NCBI GenBank assembly: GCA_051294375.1
Contig: CM119265.1
Location: 24,037,015 to 24,101,014, forward strand
Length of the DNA stretch: 64,000 nt
Source: Paraspadella gotoi
Taxonomy: Eukaryota > Animalia > Chaetognatha
Direction of reading: 5' to 3'
In this document: positions 31,499-42,494 of the stretch, piece by piece
Numbering within the stretch: the first letter of the stretch is position 1
How the letters are laid out: the number at the start of each line of letters is the position of its first letter
Position numbers and translations under genes: made by a program
Notes under the pieces: generated by a model
Databases searched by the model: none
What the model was told of the DNA's origin: nothing
The model's input: the letters and a program-made list of their open reading frames with translations, nothing else

Positions 31499-31879
31499 CT
31501 GTCCAATTTTTAATTTTTGTTTTGTATATAAATTCGGTCCTTAGTTAATTTTTAAGTTCAAAGTTTGAGGATTAGAATAGAGATGAATATTAGGAATCAG
31601 GATAATGATTAGGGTTATGGTTATGGGTCAGGGACATTCTCAAGTCATCAACTGATGGAAAAAGATAAAAATATATTATCAAAGACTCATTTGTCTTTAT
31701 AAAGATTACATCTTTCAAAAGTCGCTGCTTAATCACAACATCAACCATCATAACTACATCATATGATACATCGGAGGACGCCAGTGACTGTGAGAGGTAC
31801 CTTTACCTTTTTCCCACATCACCGTGTTAATTACAACATCAATCACTGTCTGCAGTCACTATATAAATCACTTCATTAC

Positions 31880-32028
31880 TTGTCGCATGTACAGATGAGG
31901 TCCGGATAGACGTAAGGGACTCTTAGAGGCTCTTTGTTGATGGGCGTCTTCTTCGCGCGCAAAGCGTGAAATCCGTCTTCAAAATCTTCGAGATCCGATT
32001 TCTGCGTGAGAATCTGAGTCGTTTTGCC
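31880..32028 (-). CDS. Orphan gene exon 7 (GKTTQILTQKSDLEDFEDGFHALRAKKTPINKEPLRVPYVYPDLICTCDK)
   Basis: Acceptor aattttttag, donor gtaatg; phase 0 to 2. Confidence 0.8.
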
Positions 32029-32173
32029 CTAAAAAATTATAAGAAAGGCAATTTAATATCTGGCTTATTAATTAATTCTTTATGAAGGTCGTTTTAAAAC
32101 TATTTCAGTTTATTGATGATATTTTTCCTCCGTAATTTCCGGTCACCTTTTGGAATTTTTAAGCTATTTCCAT

Positions 32174-32215
<42 letters not shown>

Positions 32216-32227
32216 GAAGAGGAGAGA

Positions 32228-32797
32228 TCAAGAGGTCACCTCGCTCACGAGTCAGAAGGTCAAAGCTCTCTCGGTCCCGGGGACCCCAATGTCTGCGACG
32301 GCGACGTCGTGATGGGTCGAGCGACCGGATCACGTGGTCTCCAGGTCACGTGGTCAACGGGTCATCAGATCACTAGGGACTCCGAGATAGGTCGGGTCGC
32401 CGTCTCGTTAATAACGGAAGCGAAACGAATCGACGCGAAAAGAGAGAAAGAGAGAGAGATAGAGAGAGAATGTCTGAATGACTAAAAGTACGTTGCTCGT
32501 ACTTACGTTTCTCTCTCTCAAGAGGTCACCTCGCTCACGAGTCAGAAGGTCAAAGCTCTCTCGGTCCCGGGGACCCCAATGTCTGCGACGGCGACGTCGT
32601 GATGGGTCGAGCGACCGGATCACGTGGTCTCCAGGTCACGTGGTCAACGGGTCATCAGATCACTAGGGACTCCGAGATAGGTCGGGTCGCCGTCTCGTTA
32701 ATAAACGGAAGCGAAACGAATCGACGCGAAAAGAGAGAAAGAGAGAGAGATAGAGAGAGAATGTCTGAATGACTAAAAGTACGTTGCTCGTACTTAC

Positions 32798-32808
<11 letters not shown>
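32228..32808 (+). repeat. Near-perfect 290-bp tandem duplication inside intron 6
   Basis: 32228-32517 equals 32518-32808 except for one extra A; flanked by (CT)n tracts. Confidence 0.95.
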
Positions 32809-32890
<82 letters not shown>

Positions 32891-32891
<1 letters not shown>

Positions 32892-33067
32892 TCTTCGAAA
32901 GTAGTCGTGGNNNNNNNNNNNNNNNNNNNNNNNNNTTTCGTCCTTCAATTTCGAGTCCCATTTGATGTGCAGATTCCTCAGCACCAATTTCTCATTGTTG
33001 ATGTCTTTTGTTCTTTTGTTTTTCGATTCGTTCCAATCTTTTTTACTTTCTTCTTCCCTATCACCAC
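32891..33067 (-). CDS. Orphan gene exon 6 (GDREEESKKDWNESKNKRTKDINNEKLVLRNLHIKWDSKLKDETTTTFEE), split by a 25-N gap
   Basis: Acceptor cccttgaaag, donor gtgaga; removing the 25 Ns gives a continuous frame, phase 1 to 0. Confidence 0.75.
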
Positions 33068-33302
33068 CTTTCAAGGGGGGGGGGTGGAAAAATACGTTGT
33101 TGTTGTTGTTATTGTCGAACGAATAAATGTTAATATTTTTGTTAATTTTTAAAAGAATTTTATCTTTAAATGAAGGGAAAGTTGGCTGGTTTTAATCTCG
33201 CCTCTTAGTGTGGATAAGTGAAAAATTATACCAATTTCTCGAAATAACGAGAAAAAAAAATATTAAAAGTAAAAAAAATTATGAATTGATTTAAAAATTC
33301 AC

Positions 33303-33363
33303 CAAATAATTGAGTTTTGCTCTTTGCTCCGGACTTTGTCAGTTTGTTGCTCATTGCGTTGAC
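33303..33363 (-). CDS. Orphan gene exon 5 (VNAMSNKLTKSGAKSKTQLF)
   Basis: Acceptor ctctctctacag, donor gtgaat; phase 0 to 1. Confidence 0.7.
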
Positions 33364-33477
33364 CTGTAGAGAGAGTAAGATCAGGTTTGCAAGATTCTTA
33401 AAAGTATAGCATAAGCCAATATTATCTTTTCAATATTCTAATAGAAAAATACTGAAATAATGTAATCAAAAACTCAC

Positions 33478-33552
33478 GGAACTTTTTTTCTCATCATCGT
33501 CGTCGTCGTCGTCGTCGTCGTCGTTTTCTGAGCCGCGTGAACTTGATTTTCT
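33478..33552 (-). CDS. Orphan gene exon 4 (RKSSSRGSENDDDDDDDDDDEKKSS)
   Basis: Strong acceptor ttttttttcacgcag, donor gtgagt; 75 bp, phase 0/0. Confidence 0.75.
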
Positions 33553-33946
33553 CTGCGTGAAAAAAAAAAATCGATGAGATTGTGAATCGCGCAAAATTCG
33601 GAGAAGCGAAAATCGAAAATAAGGGAAAATAAAAAAAAAAATCTGAAATATCATTCGATATTAATTTCAAAACTTATATTTATTACCTACATAACAAATA
33701 AAAATAGTATGAAAAATTATTTTTTAATATTTAAGAGATGCGTTGACGCATCGTCGCCATAAACAAAACCTCCACAAACGTCGGAGAAAATTGCAAAAGA
33801 AAAAAAAAAAAATTGGTTCGTCGACGTTGAAGTTAAAACTTTCATCACAATAGATGGAATTGATTACATGTTTCGTTTTAGACTCCAAGGAACATGAATG
33901 AAAACAAGAACAAGATCAAGAAAAATCACCAGAGAAACAACAACAA

Positions 33947-34145
33947 CCATCACAACTCCCACTGACATAACGTCAACTATCACAACTCCCACTGACATAA
34001 CGTCAACCATCACAACTCCCACTGACATAACGTCAACAATCACAACTCCCACTGATATAACGTCAACCATCACAACTCCCACTGATATAACGTCAACCAT
34101 CACAACAACTCCCACTGATATAACGTCAACCATCACAACAACTCC
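33947..34145. repeat. 30-bp minisatellite (ccatcacaactcccactgayataacgtcaa) x ~6, intronic
   Basis: Seen directly; one unit has a 3-bp insertion. Confidence 0.95.
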
Positions 34146-34180
34146 AATGTCGACAATCATAAGAACAACAACATCAATAC

Positions 34181-34213
34181 CTTTGATTCGGCGTGAGAAG
34201 CTTCATCTCTTGC
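34181..34213 (-). CDS. Orphan gene exon 3 (ARDEASHAESK)
   Basis: Acceptor ttttctgcgatacag, donor gtattg; 33 bp, phase 0/0. Confidence 0.65.
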
Positions 34214-34289
34214 CTGTATCGCAGAAAATTAATTAATTTATTAATTTTTTTAATTAATTTAATAATTAAATTAATGAAAGGTGGTTAAC

Positions 34290-34388
34290 CGAATTCTCGT
34301 TGGACGAAACTTTGGAAGATTCTTTTGTGAGCGACGACTTCGTGGAAACAGAGACAGAGAGCGGATCGTTCTGCTCGCTGTTCGACGC
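34290..34388 (-). CDS. Orphan gene exon 2 (ASNSEQNDPLSVSVSTKSSLTKESSKVSSNENS)
   Basis: Acceptor caatttttttttag, donor gttaac; 99 bp, phase 0/0. Confidence 0.65.
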
Positions 34389-34438
34389 CTAAAAAAAATT
34401 GTATGTTTTGACTTTCTCATTTGACAATATAAACATAC

Positions 34439-34501
34439 ATATTCATTAGGAAGAAAAAATTCACTCTGTGACTGAAGTCCTTTTCTCTTTTTCATGGTCA
34501 T
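34439..34501 (-). CDS. Orphan gene putative first coding exon (MTMKKRKGLQSQSEFFLPNEY)
   Basis: ATG, donor gtatgt, 50-bp intron to exon 2. An alternative MSRR|gtaagt exon near 34582-34593 is also possible. Confidence 0.5.
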
Positions 34502-35898
34502 TTATGTCATCTCTAATGAATGTATCAATTTCATATACAAAGTTACAAACTTGTCATCCAATTTAATGATATGTCACTTACTCGGCGCGACATCTTTTCC
34601 CCGAAAGCGAAAATAAAAAAAAGGAAAACGAGAAATAGACAAATTTATTGATGAGGAAAAAAAATAAATAAACGAATTTGGTATTTAAAAAAAAAACAAC
34701 TAATGAAGATTTTTACTTGGTTTTATTTCGACTTGGAAAAAAGTTTAACAATTTTATTTTAATTTGGCCACCCATGTAAAAAAGTAAACTAAAGTTACAA
34801 ATAAGCAAAGACCTGAAGGTTTAAACATTATTATTATTATTATCTGCGCGCCTGAAAAGCGTCTCCGCCTAAGCAAGAAATGAATGAAGTTTTTTTTTGG
34901 GTCACTTTTTTGATTTAGATTTGTTGCTTCTCTTTAGTGTTTTTAAAGTGAAGAATTTCTGTGATGTTTTTTGTTTTTATTGATTTATTAGTTAACGTAA
35001 TCTCAATTAATTTTTTTCTTTTTATTTTTTAAATAACACGTATAGTCAAAAAGTTGAAGATAGAAGTGTATTTAAAGTGGCTTTTTTTTTTTAAAATTTT
35101 GAAAAATTTTATAAAGTAAATTTGAGGCGGGGGTGGGGGGAAAATTTGTTAAAATATTCACTAGGTTTGTTTCACGTGTCCCAAAAAATCCGTTGCTTGC
35201 TCTTTTTGCCTAAAATGATTATTACGATAAATATACTGAGTGAAGAAGAAAGCTTACCTTTCTGAGGATGAAAGTAAGAATTTAAATTAGTTTAGTGTCC
35301 CTTCAAGCCCTTTGACGAGCGTGAAAGCAGGTTTGTTTCTAATGTGTTCTTTCTTGATTTAATTTTTTGTATTTTAAGGTTTTTATTAATTCGTTGTATA
35401 TTATCTTTTTTATGAGTTCCAAGGTTCCGTTCCATGCGTATCATAGTCGTTTCAATGGCCGTTCAATTGCGGTTCCCCAATGCCTTTTTCAAATGTTTGG
35501 CCGTTTGTATCTCTCAATTGCATTCTACATTGGTGTTGGATTTAAACAATGTAAATTACAAGCGCTTTCACTGCAACACGATACGCGTCGCTTTATTAGT
35601 CATGCTTTTATTCGAGAACTCTACATTGTCATCATCATCTTCATCGTCCTTGTTCTTCGGCGCTTCCTTCTTGTCGTCATCATCGTCGTCGTCGTCATCA
35701 TCTGTCTTGTTTCGTTCACCAATTTTTCGTCGTCGTCTTTTAATCTTCACGTTTCATCATCATCGTCGTCGTCGTCGTCTCTCAGTCGTCGTCGTCCTCG
35801 TTACGGGTCGCGGCTTAAGAAGCGTATCCGTCACCGAGCAACCGGAAGATCTTGGTCTGACAAGATTACCATACATTTCTATCTCTACCTCTCTCTCT

Positions 35899-35952
<54 letters not shown>

Positions 35953-37097
35953 CTCTCTCTCGCNNNNNNNNNNNNNNNNNNNNNNNNNTCGCAGAAATTG
36001 ACTTTTTCAAGTATTCGTCAGGGAAACAACGCAGACGCGAAAAGCATCATTACAAAGCAGAGTTAAAAAAAATTAAAAAAAAACTTCTGGTCGCTTAAAA
36101 AAACAAAAGACACAATAAAAAACGAACAAAACACAAAAAGCAACCAAAAAAAAAAAGAAAAAGAAAAAAGAAAAAAGTCTCTCTTTTTTATTTTTTATTT
36201 TTATTTTATTTTCGTTTCAACTTTTTTCTCTCATTCCTTATCATTGACTTCCATTAAATAATTAAGCTATCTTTCTCTCGACTTTGAACAACGAACAGGC
36301 GATGCTGGCTCATTGCCGCTTTCCCTCTTACGCGATAATACAAATAAAAATACTTTCAATATTTTATCTTTCTTGTATTTTCTTTTCTTTTCCTTTTCTA
36401 CTTTTCATTTACTTTTTACTTTTCTTTCATTCCTCTCTTTCCCCTTTTGCCTTCAATGATAACTCTAATTTTCTTCTTCCCTTAACTTAACTTTTCTCCT
36501 TTTTCTCCTTAATTATTTCCTTTATTTTCCTTTACTTTCCTTTCTTAACCTTCCTCTCTCTTTTTATTTATTCCTTTCTTCCCCTTTCCTCACTTTTTTT
36601 TTTATTCTTTTTCTCACGAGTCGGTCATAGAATTTTATTGGATTTTTTATGGGTTTTTCCCGCCAAAAGTTTGAAAAGGAATGCGTGCGTGAGAAGGGGA
36701 ACATTTATCAACTGCCACAAAAAAAAAAAAAAAAAAAAATAATTACGGGATCTTCGCAACTTTTCTAGCAGCGTCTGGCGAAATAATGGAAATACAATTT
36801 TCGTTGAAAAAACTACTACATAGACATTTTCAATCAATCAATTGATTTATTAGTTGTCGCCTTACGTTTAAAAGATTTCCTATCTTTCTTTCTTTCCAAA
36901 ATTAAATCGTTTGATTGATTTTATTCCTTTATTCTCTAATTTTTTTTTCAATTTAAAAATTAATTTATTCCTTAATTTCTTTATTCTTTAATTTCCTAAA
37001 TTTATTCCTTTATCCCTTCATTCTTTTTTTAAAATACCGATGCTCATTTATTTCCATTTTTTTCCCGCCAGATTAGTTTCTCTTCCCCCTCTTCAAG

Positions 37098-37659
37098 ATG
37101 TCTCCACCGTCGCGAGTCTTCGCCGCGATTTTCGTCGGTATTTTGATCTTCGACTCCAAAGACGATTCCTCTTGTCTGGCGATGAAAGAGGAGGATCAGA
37201 ATCTCTTCGGTCGACGTGGAAAAGAAACGGACACGCCCTTAGCAGCCACGCCCCCTTTGACGCCCCCTCCGGAACGCCATCTGCCCTCGATACGATCCGC
37301 CCACCGTTTTCGCGGACTCTCGATGGGGGACGAGAGCGAAAAGGAAAAGGAAAGAGAAAATAATAACCGAAACAGAAACGATAAGAGCGAAAACAGAAAA
37401 AACCTCCCGACTGCTTCGTCGTTTCTCCTTCGCGACGAACCCGCCATCTACCGTCCCTTCTCCCCCCTCTCCCGCTCCTTCCCTCCCTCCCCCTCTTCCC
37501 AACGCCTCCGCCGATCCGCGGCTCCGCCCACCGACGACGCCCCCCTCGACGTGGCGCACTTGGCCACGCCCACCGGAAGCGAGATCACCTTCCGTTGCGA
37601 CTCGGATCGGCCGGCGATTTGGATGAAACAAAAGGACAACAAGTATTTGTCTTTCGGCG
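37098..37659 (+). CDS. Ig-superfamily surface protein, Dpr/ZIG-8-like; 5' part running into an N gap
   Basis: Hydrophobic N-terminus MSPPSRVFAAIFVGILIF, long linker, RLRR, then Ig B/C-strand pattern GSEITFRC-DSDRPAIW-MKQKDNKYLSFG resembling the Dpr-type C...VSWIRRRDxHILTVG. Confidence 0.75.
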
Positions 37660-38681
37660 NNNNNNNNNNNNNNNNNNNNNNNNNNNNNNNNNNNNNNNNN
37701 NNNNNNNNNNNNNNNNNNNNNNNNNNNNNNNNNNNNNNNNNNNNNNNNNNNNNNNNNNNNNNNNNNNNNNNNNNNNNNNNNNNNNNNNNNNNNNNNNNNN
37801 NNNNNNNNNNNNNNNNNNNNNNNNNNNNNNNNNNNNNNNNNNNNNNNNNNNNNNNNNNNNNNNNNNNNNNNNNNNNNNNNNNNNNNNNNNNNNNNNNNNN
37901 NNNNNNNNNNNNNNNNNNNNNNNNNNNNNNNNNNNNNNNNNNNNNNNNNNNNNNNNNNNNNNNNNNNNNNNNNNNNNNNNNNNNNNNNNNNNNNNNNNNN
38001 NNNNNNNNNNNNNNNNNNNNNNNNNNNNNNNNNNNNNNNNNNNNNNNNNNNNNNNNNNNNNNNNNNNNNNNNNNNNNNNNNNNNNNNNNNNNNNNNNNNN
38101 NNNNNNNNNNNNNNNNNNNNNNNNNNNNNNNNNNNNNNNNNNNNNNNNNNNNNNNNNNNNNNNNNNNNNNNNNNNNNNNNNNNNNNNNNNNNNNNNNNNN
38201 NNNNNNNNNNNNNNNNNNNNNNNNNNNNNNNNNNNNNNNNNNNNNNNNNNNNNNNNNNNNNNNNNNNNNNNNNNNNNNNNNNNNNNNNNNNNNNNNNNNN
38301 NNNNNNNNNNNNNNNNNNNNNNNNNNNNNNNNNNNNNNNNNNNNNNNNNNNNNNNNNNNNNNNNNNNNNNNNNNNNNNNNNNNNNNNNNNNNNNNNNNNN
38401 NNNNNNNNNNNNNNNNNNNNNNNNNNNNNNNNNNNNNNNNNNNNNNNNNNNNNNNNNNNNNNAAAAAGGAAGGAGAGATCTCTTCCCTTGACTTTCTCCT
38501 TTTTCTCCCCCTCCATCCTCCTCTGTCTCCTCTCTTGCTCTCCTCCTCCTTCCATCTCTCCTCCCTCCCCTCCTCCCACCTCACCCTCCTCCCACCTACG
38601 GCCATCCTTCCATCCTCACCCCTCCTCTCTCCTACCCTGCGTGCGACGCTGATTCCGGCCGAGAACTACTACTTTTCTCAG

Positions 38682-38820
38682 ATCCGACGGATTTGTCGAA
38701 AGGTCTCGGCCGCCGAACTCGTCGTCGTCGTCGTCGTCGTCGTTTTCCGCTTCGTCTTCATCCTCGTTCATTCTTTGTAGTATCTTTTTATCATTTTTTA
38801 TATTATTATTTTTTACTTAA
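38682..38820 (+). CDS. Probable terminal exon of the Ig gene with a GPI-anchor-like signal (SDGFVERSRPPNSSSSSSSSFSASSSSSFILCSIFLSFFILLFFT*)
   Basis: Acceptor cttttctcag; Ser-rich spacer then a 17-aa hydrophobic C-terminus ending at TAA 38818-38820. Confidence 0.6.
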
Positions 38821-40432
38821 CGTTTGTTTTATTTTTTCCTTTTTTTTCATTTCTTTTCTTTTCTTTTCTTTTCTTTTCTTTTCTCTTTTTCCTTCTTCTC
38901 GAACTCCTTCCTCTTTTGTCTCCTCTTCTCCTCTCTTCTTTTATTCCCCTCTCTCTCATTGCTTTCCTTTCTCATCCCTCTCTATCCTCTTTCTNNNNNN
39001 NNNNNNNNNNNNNNNNNNNNNNNNNNNNNNNNNNNNNNNNNNNNNNNNNNNNNNNNNNNNNNNNNNNNNNNNNNNNNNNNNNNNNNNNNNNNNNTTTTCC
39101 GTTTCCACAGTTTAAACTAGTTTTTCAAAAGGTTCAGCCCTGTTTCCCTTTTAATTCAATTCCTGTCTCCCTTCTGCCCTCCTCTTTTGGGGGGTTTTTC
39201 ACAGAAAAGAATGAAAACCACCCTTCCAACCCCTCTTCCTCCACCCCACTTCCTCCCTCTCCTCTTCCCTCTTCGCTTTTTAACCAGCATTAAGCTATTT
39301 TACCCGACGTTTTGAAAGTTATAAGGCGGGGGGCACTTGACTTTCATCCGTCAAAACTCTGATATCTTTCTCTATTGGAAGGCCGGCAGCCCGCAAACAA
39401 AACAATTATGAAATCCCGCTTTTCAGACCAATCTTCCCCTGTTTTTCTCTCTGTTTTCTTTCTGTTCTCCCCCCTGCATTGAGATAAAATTCTGCCCTTC
39501 TTCCTGTCTTTATCTTTGTCTCCTCTTCTTCTATCCATTGAAAAAAAAATTGTTATTCTGTTGTGTCACCTTTTCTCCCGCTCTCTATTGTTTTCCAATC
39601 TTCTTGTCTCCCTCTCTTTATTCGTTAAATATTACAATATATTCCATCCAAAATAATCTCCTCCCTCCTTTTACCTCTCACTTACCCTTACCCCTTTAAT
39701 CCTCTTCTTTTTCTCCTTCTTCTCCGCTCTTTCCTCTTCTAACATCGTCGGACTTACCTCTGGGTAAACATCCTTACATACAGGAAAAGGAAATCCAATA
39801 TTTTATGCACGATTTCCACTTCGCCCTCTCGATTTCTATTACTTCGCCTTTGATTCTCCTACGTTTCGCGGCGTTCGCTCGCCTTTCCTGATTCTCTTCC
39901 TCCTTTTCGCCTCCAATTCGCCGGAACGCGTTATCATTGCTACGCTGCAACGCTGTAACCCTCTGCAACACTTGAGAGACGTGGAATTTCATTTTGCTGA
40001 GAATCACCCGGCAAACATCCAAGGTCAATCACCCGCCAATTCACCGTCGTATCACCTCCATCGACAAATCGTAGCGATACCGCGAATTAAATTGGTCGTT
40101 GTTGTTGTTTGTTGTCTCCTCCCTCCTACCTCACTCTCCTCCTCCTTCCTCCTCCCTCCTCCTCCACTATAGGATTTTCGATGGAATGTTTTAGTTCCAT
40201 TATGTCTGTCCTTATACAATTTTACAATTACATTAGCATTCTGTTGGGTCTAAACTGTTTGGTAGCAATGGTTTCCATCTTGCCAACCGGACGAGTTTGA
40301 ATTAATCCTTGTTAACAAATTCATGTAGTCGAACTCGTTGTTACAAACAATGAATCTGGCTTCAAAATGTGATTGTGCGCTGATAAAATAACAAATCCTT
40401 AAAAAAAACAATAATAATATCTTACTTTCCTC

Positions 40433-40640
40433 TTTTGTGACACCACTTCACCTCACAACCACCCACGACCGCAACCCACTTTCCACTTTTGCTGATCAAC
40501 CACCTTCCACCTTCACAACCACCACGGACCGCCAACACTTTCCACTTTTGTGACAACCACTTCCACCTGTCACAACCACCAACGGACCCTCAACCACTTT
40601 CCATTTTTGTGACAACCACTTCCACCTTCACGACCACCAC
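40433..40640. repeat. ~57-bp minisatellite x ~3.5 (ttttgtgacaaccacttccaccttcacaaccacc...)
   Basis: Units start near 40433, 40486, 40546 and 40605. Confidence 0.85.
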
Positions 40641-40784
40641 AACCGCAACCACTTCCTGCCGCAAAGACCGGCGGTTCGAGATTGTTAATGGATTCAGGAG
40701 GAGGATCGACTCAAAACGTCAGCAGAGGACGTTCGATCTGGGGAAGAGTCGGAGGGGTTGAAAGGGGGGGGAAGGGAAGGGGAA

Positions 40785-41060
40785 AGGGGTTGTGGAAGAG
40801 GGAGATAGGGGGAATGAAAAAGAGAGTGGGAATGAGGGCGGAAATGGAAGTGGAGGAGGGAAGATAGGGGGAATGGAAGAGAGGGTAAGAGGGTGGAAAT
40901 GGAAGTGGAAGAGGGAAATGAGGGGGAATGGAAAAGGAGAGTGGGAAGAGGGCTGAAATGGAAGTGGAAGAGGGAATAGGGGAATGGAAAAGAGAGTGGA
41001 AAGAGGGTGGAAATGGAAGTGTGGAAGAGGGAGGATACGGGGAATGAAAGAGGGAAGAGG
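40785..41060. repeat. Purine-rich ~55-bp minisatellite (gaaatggaagtggaagaggga...)
   Basis: gaaatggaagtg recurs at ~40841, 40896, 40955 and 41010. Confidence 0.8.
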
Positions 41061-41711
41061 GTGAGACATGTGAGAAATGGGAGTGGAAAAGAGAGTGAAA
41101 AGGTGAGTGGAAAGAGGGAATAAAGAGGGAGTGGAAAAATAATTGGAAGGTAATAAAAGGTATAACGAGACCTAGAGAGGGAAAGGATAATTAAAAGAAA
41201 GTATGAAAGTAAAGATTAAAGGGAAAAAAATATAAACTCGAGGGAACTCGGAAGTGAAAAAAGACAAAGTAATAACCGGCGGTGGGTAAGTTCGCAGATT
41301 GCAGCGGGAAAGTCATAATCGATGAAAGGGACAAAGGAAAGAAAAAAGGAAGTCGAAGCTCAACTCCTTCCACTGTTTTTTTTATAGATTTGCTCGATTA
41401 TCAATTCCGAGCGTTTTTCTTATTTCTCAGAAATGAATCTTTTTTTTTCTGAGAAAAGAAGGAGATTCGAGGATTTGAAAGACGTTGAAAGGGAGAAGGG
41501 GAGGTGGAGGAGGAGGAGGAGGAGGAGGNNNNNNNNNNNNNNNNNNNNNNNNNNNNNNNNNNNNNNNNNNNNNNNNNNNNNNNNNNNNNNNNNNNNNNNN
41601 NNNNNNNNNNNNNNNNNNNNNNNNNNNNNNNNNNNNNNNNNNNNNNNNNNNNNNNNNNNNNNNNNNNNNNNNNNNNNNNNNNNNNNNNNNNNNNNNNNNN
41701 NNNNNNNNNNN

Positions 41712-41742
<31 letters not shown>

Positions 41743-42494
41743 AAATTAGAAATAAAATAGAAATAAAGGAAAGGAAAATGAAAAAAGAAAGAAAGAAAAC
41801 AGTAAGAAAGATTAAATAAGAAAGAAAGATAGAAAGAAAAAAANNNNNNNNNNNNNNNNNNNNNNNNNAGAGAGATGAGAGAAAGAGAGACTGAGACAGA
41901 GGAGAGAAGATGTATATCATGAAAATAAAAACAAAAAGAGAGAGAGGCTTAGAAAGAGAGAGAGAGAGTGAGAGAGAAAGTTAAGAGAGAGCTAAAACAA
42001 TAGAAAAAAAAAGAAATGAGAAGAAGATAGAAGATAGAAACGAGAAGAAGGAGAGAGAATGAAATGAAAAAGAAAAAGAGAAAGGTAGACAGAGAGAGGA
42101 GACGATAAAAATAAAATAGAGGGGTTTAGGAGATGAAATCTAACTCGCAAAATAAATTATTTATATGACATCGCAGCGAGAAATCAATTAAAATATTTTT
42201 TATAACAAGGACTCCCCCATGATGAACAGATCTAGTGCTATTTGTGGCGGGATAGGCGCTTCAAACAGCGTATATCACCCCATTCACAAAATACTTGGCG
42301 GGATTCCCCGCATGGATAAGCCGCACGAGGGCTTAAACAGTGATCCCCCGTAATAAAATGAAGTGGCGGGGATTCCCAAAACAGAGAATAAAAAAACGAC
42401 AGCTTTTCGAGCTGAACAGAAGAGGGCCGCAAGTTCAAACTGTCACCTTATAGAGCAGTCTCAAAACTGCGCACTGTATTGGAACGGCGTCATA

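Noticed and set aside
31470-31900. Secreted phospholipase A2 motif (LICTCDKVAA)
   Set aside because: Lacks the following Cys, the catalytic His-Asp motif, the Ca-binding loop and a signal peptide.
33898-34236. Mucin-like TITTPTDITS ORF
   Set aside because: It is a 30-bp minisatellite inside an intron of the opposite-strand gene and has no signal peptide.
34181-34511. Tyrosinase-like motif RIRQEMKLLTPNQR in the phase-2 reading of these exons
   Set aside because: That reading hits a stop in exon 33363-33303 and no copper-binding His motifs follow.
35510-35595. Ly6/insulin-like CCSESACN peptide on the - strand
   Set aside because: In-frame stop immediately upstream, no credible acceptor and no partner exons.
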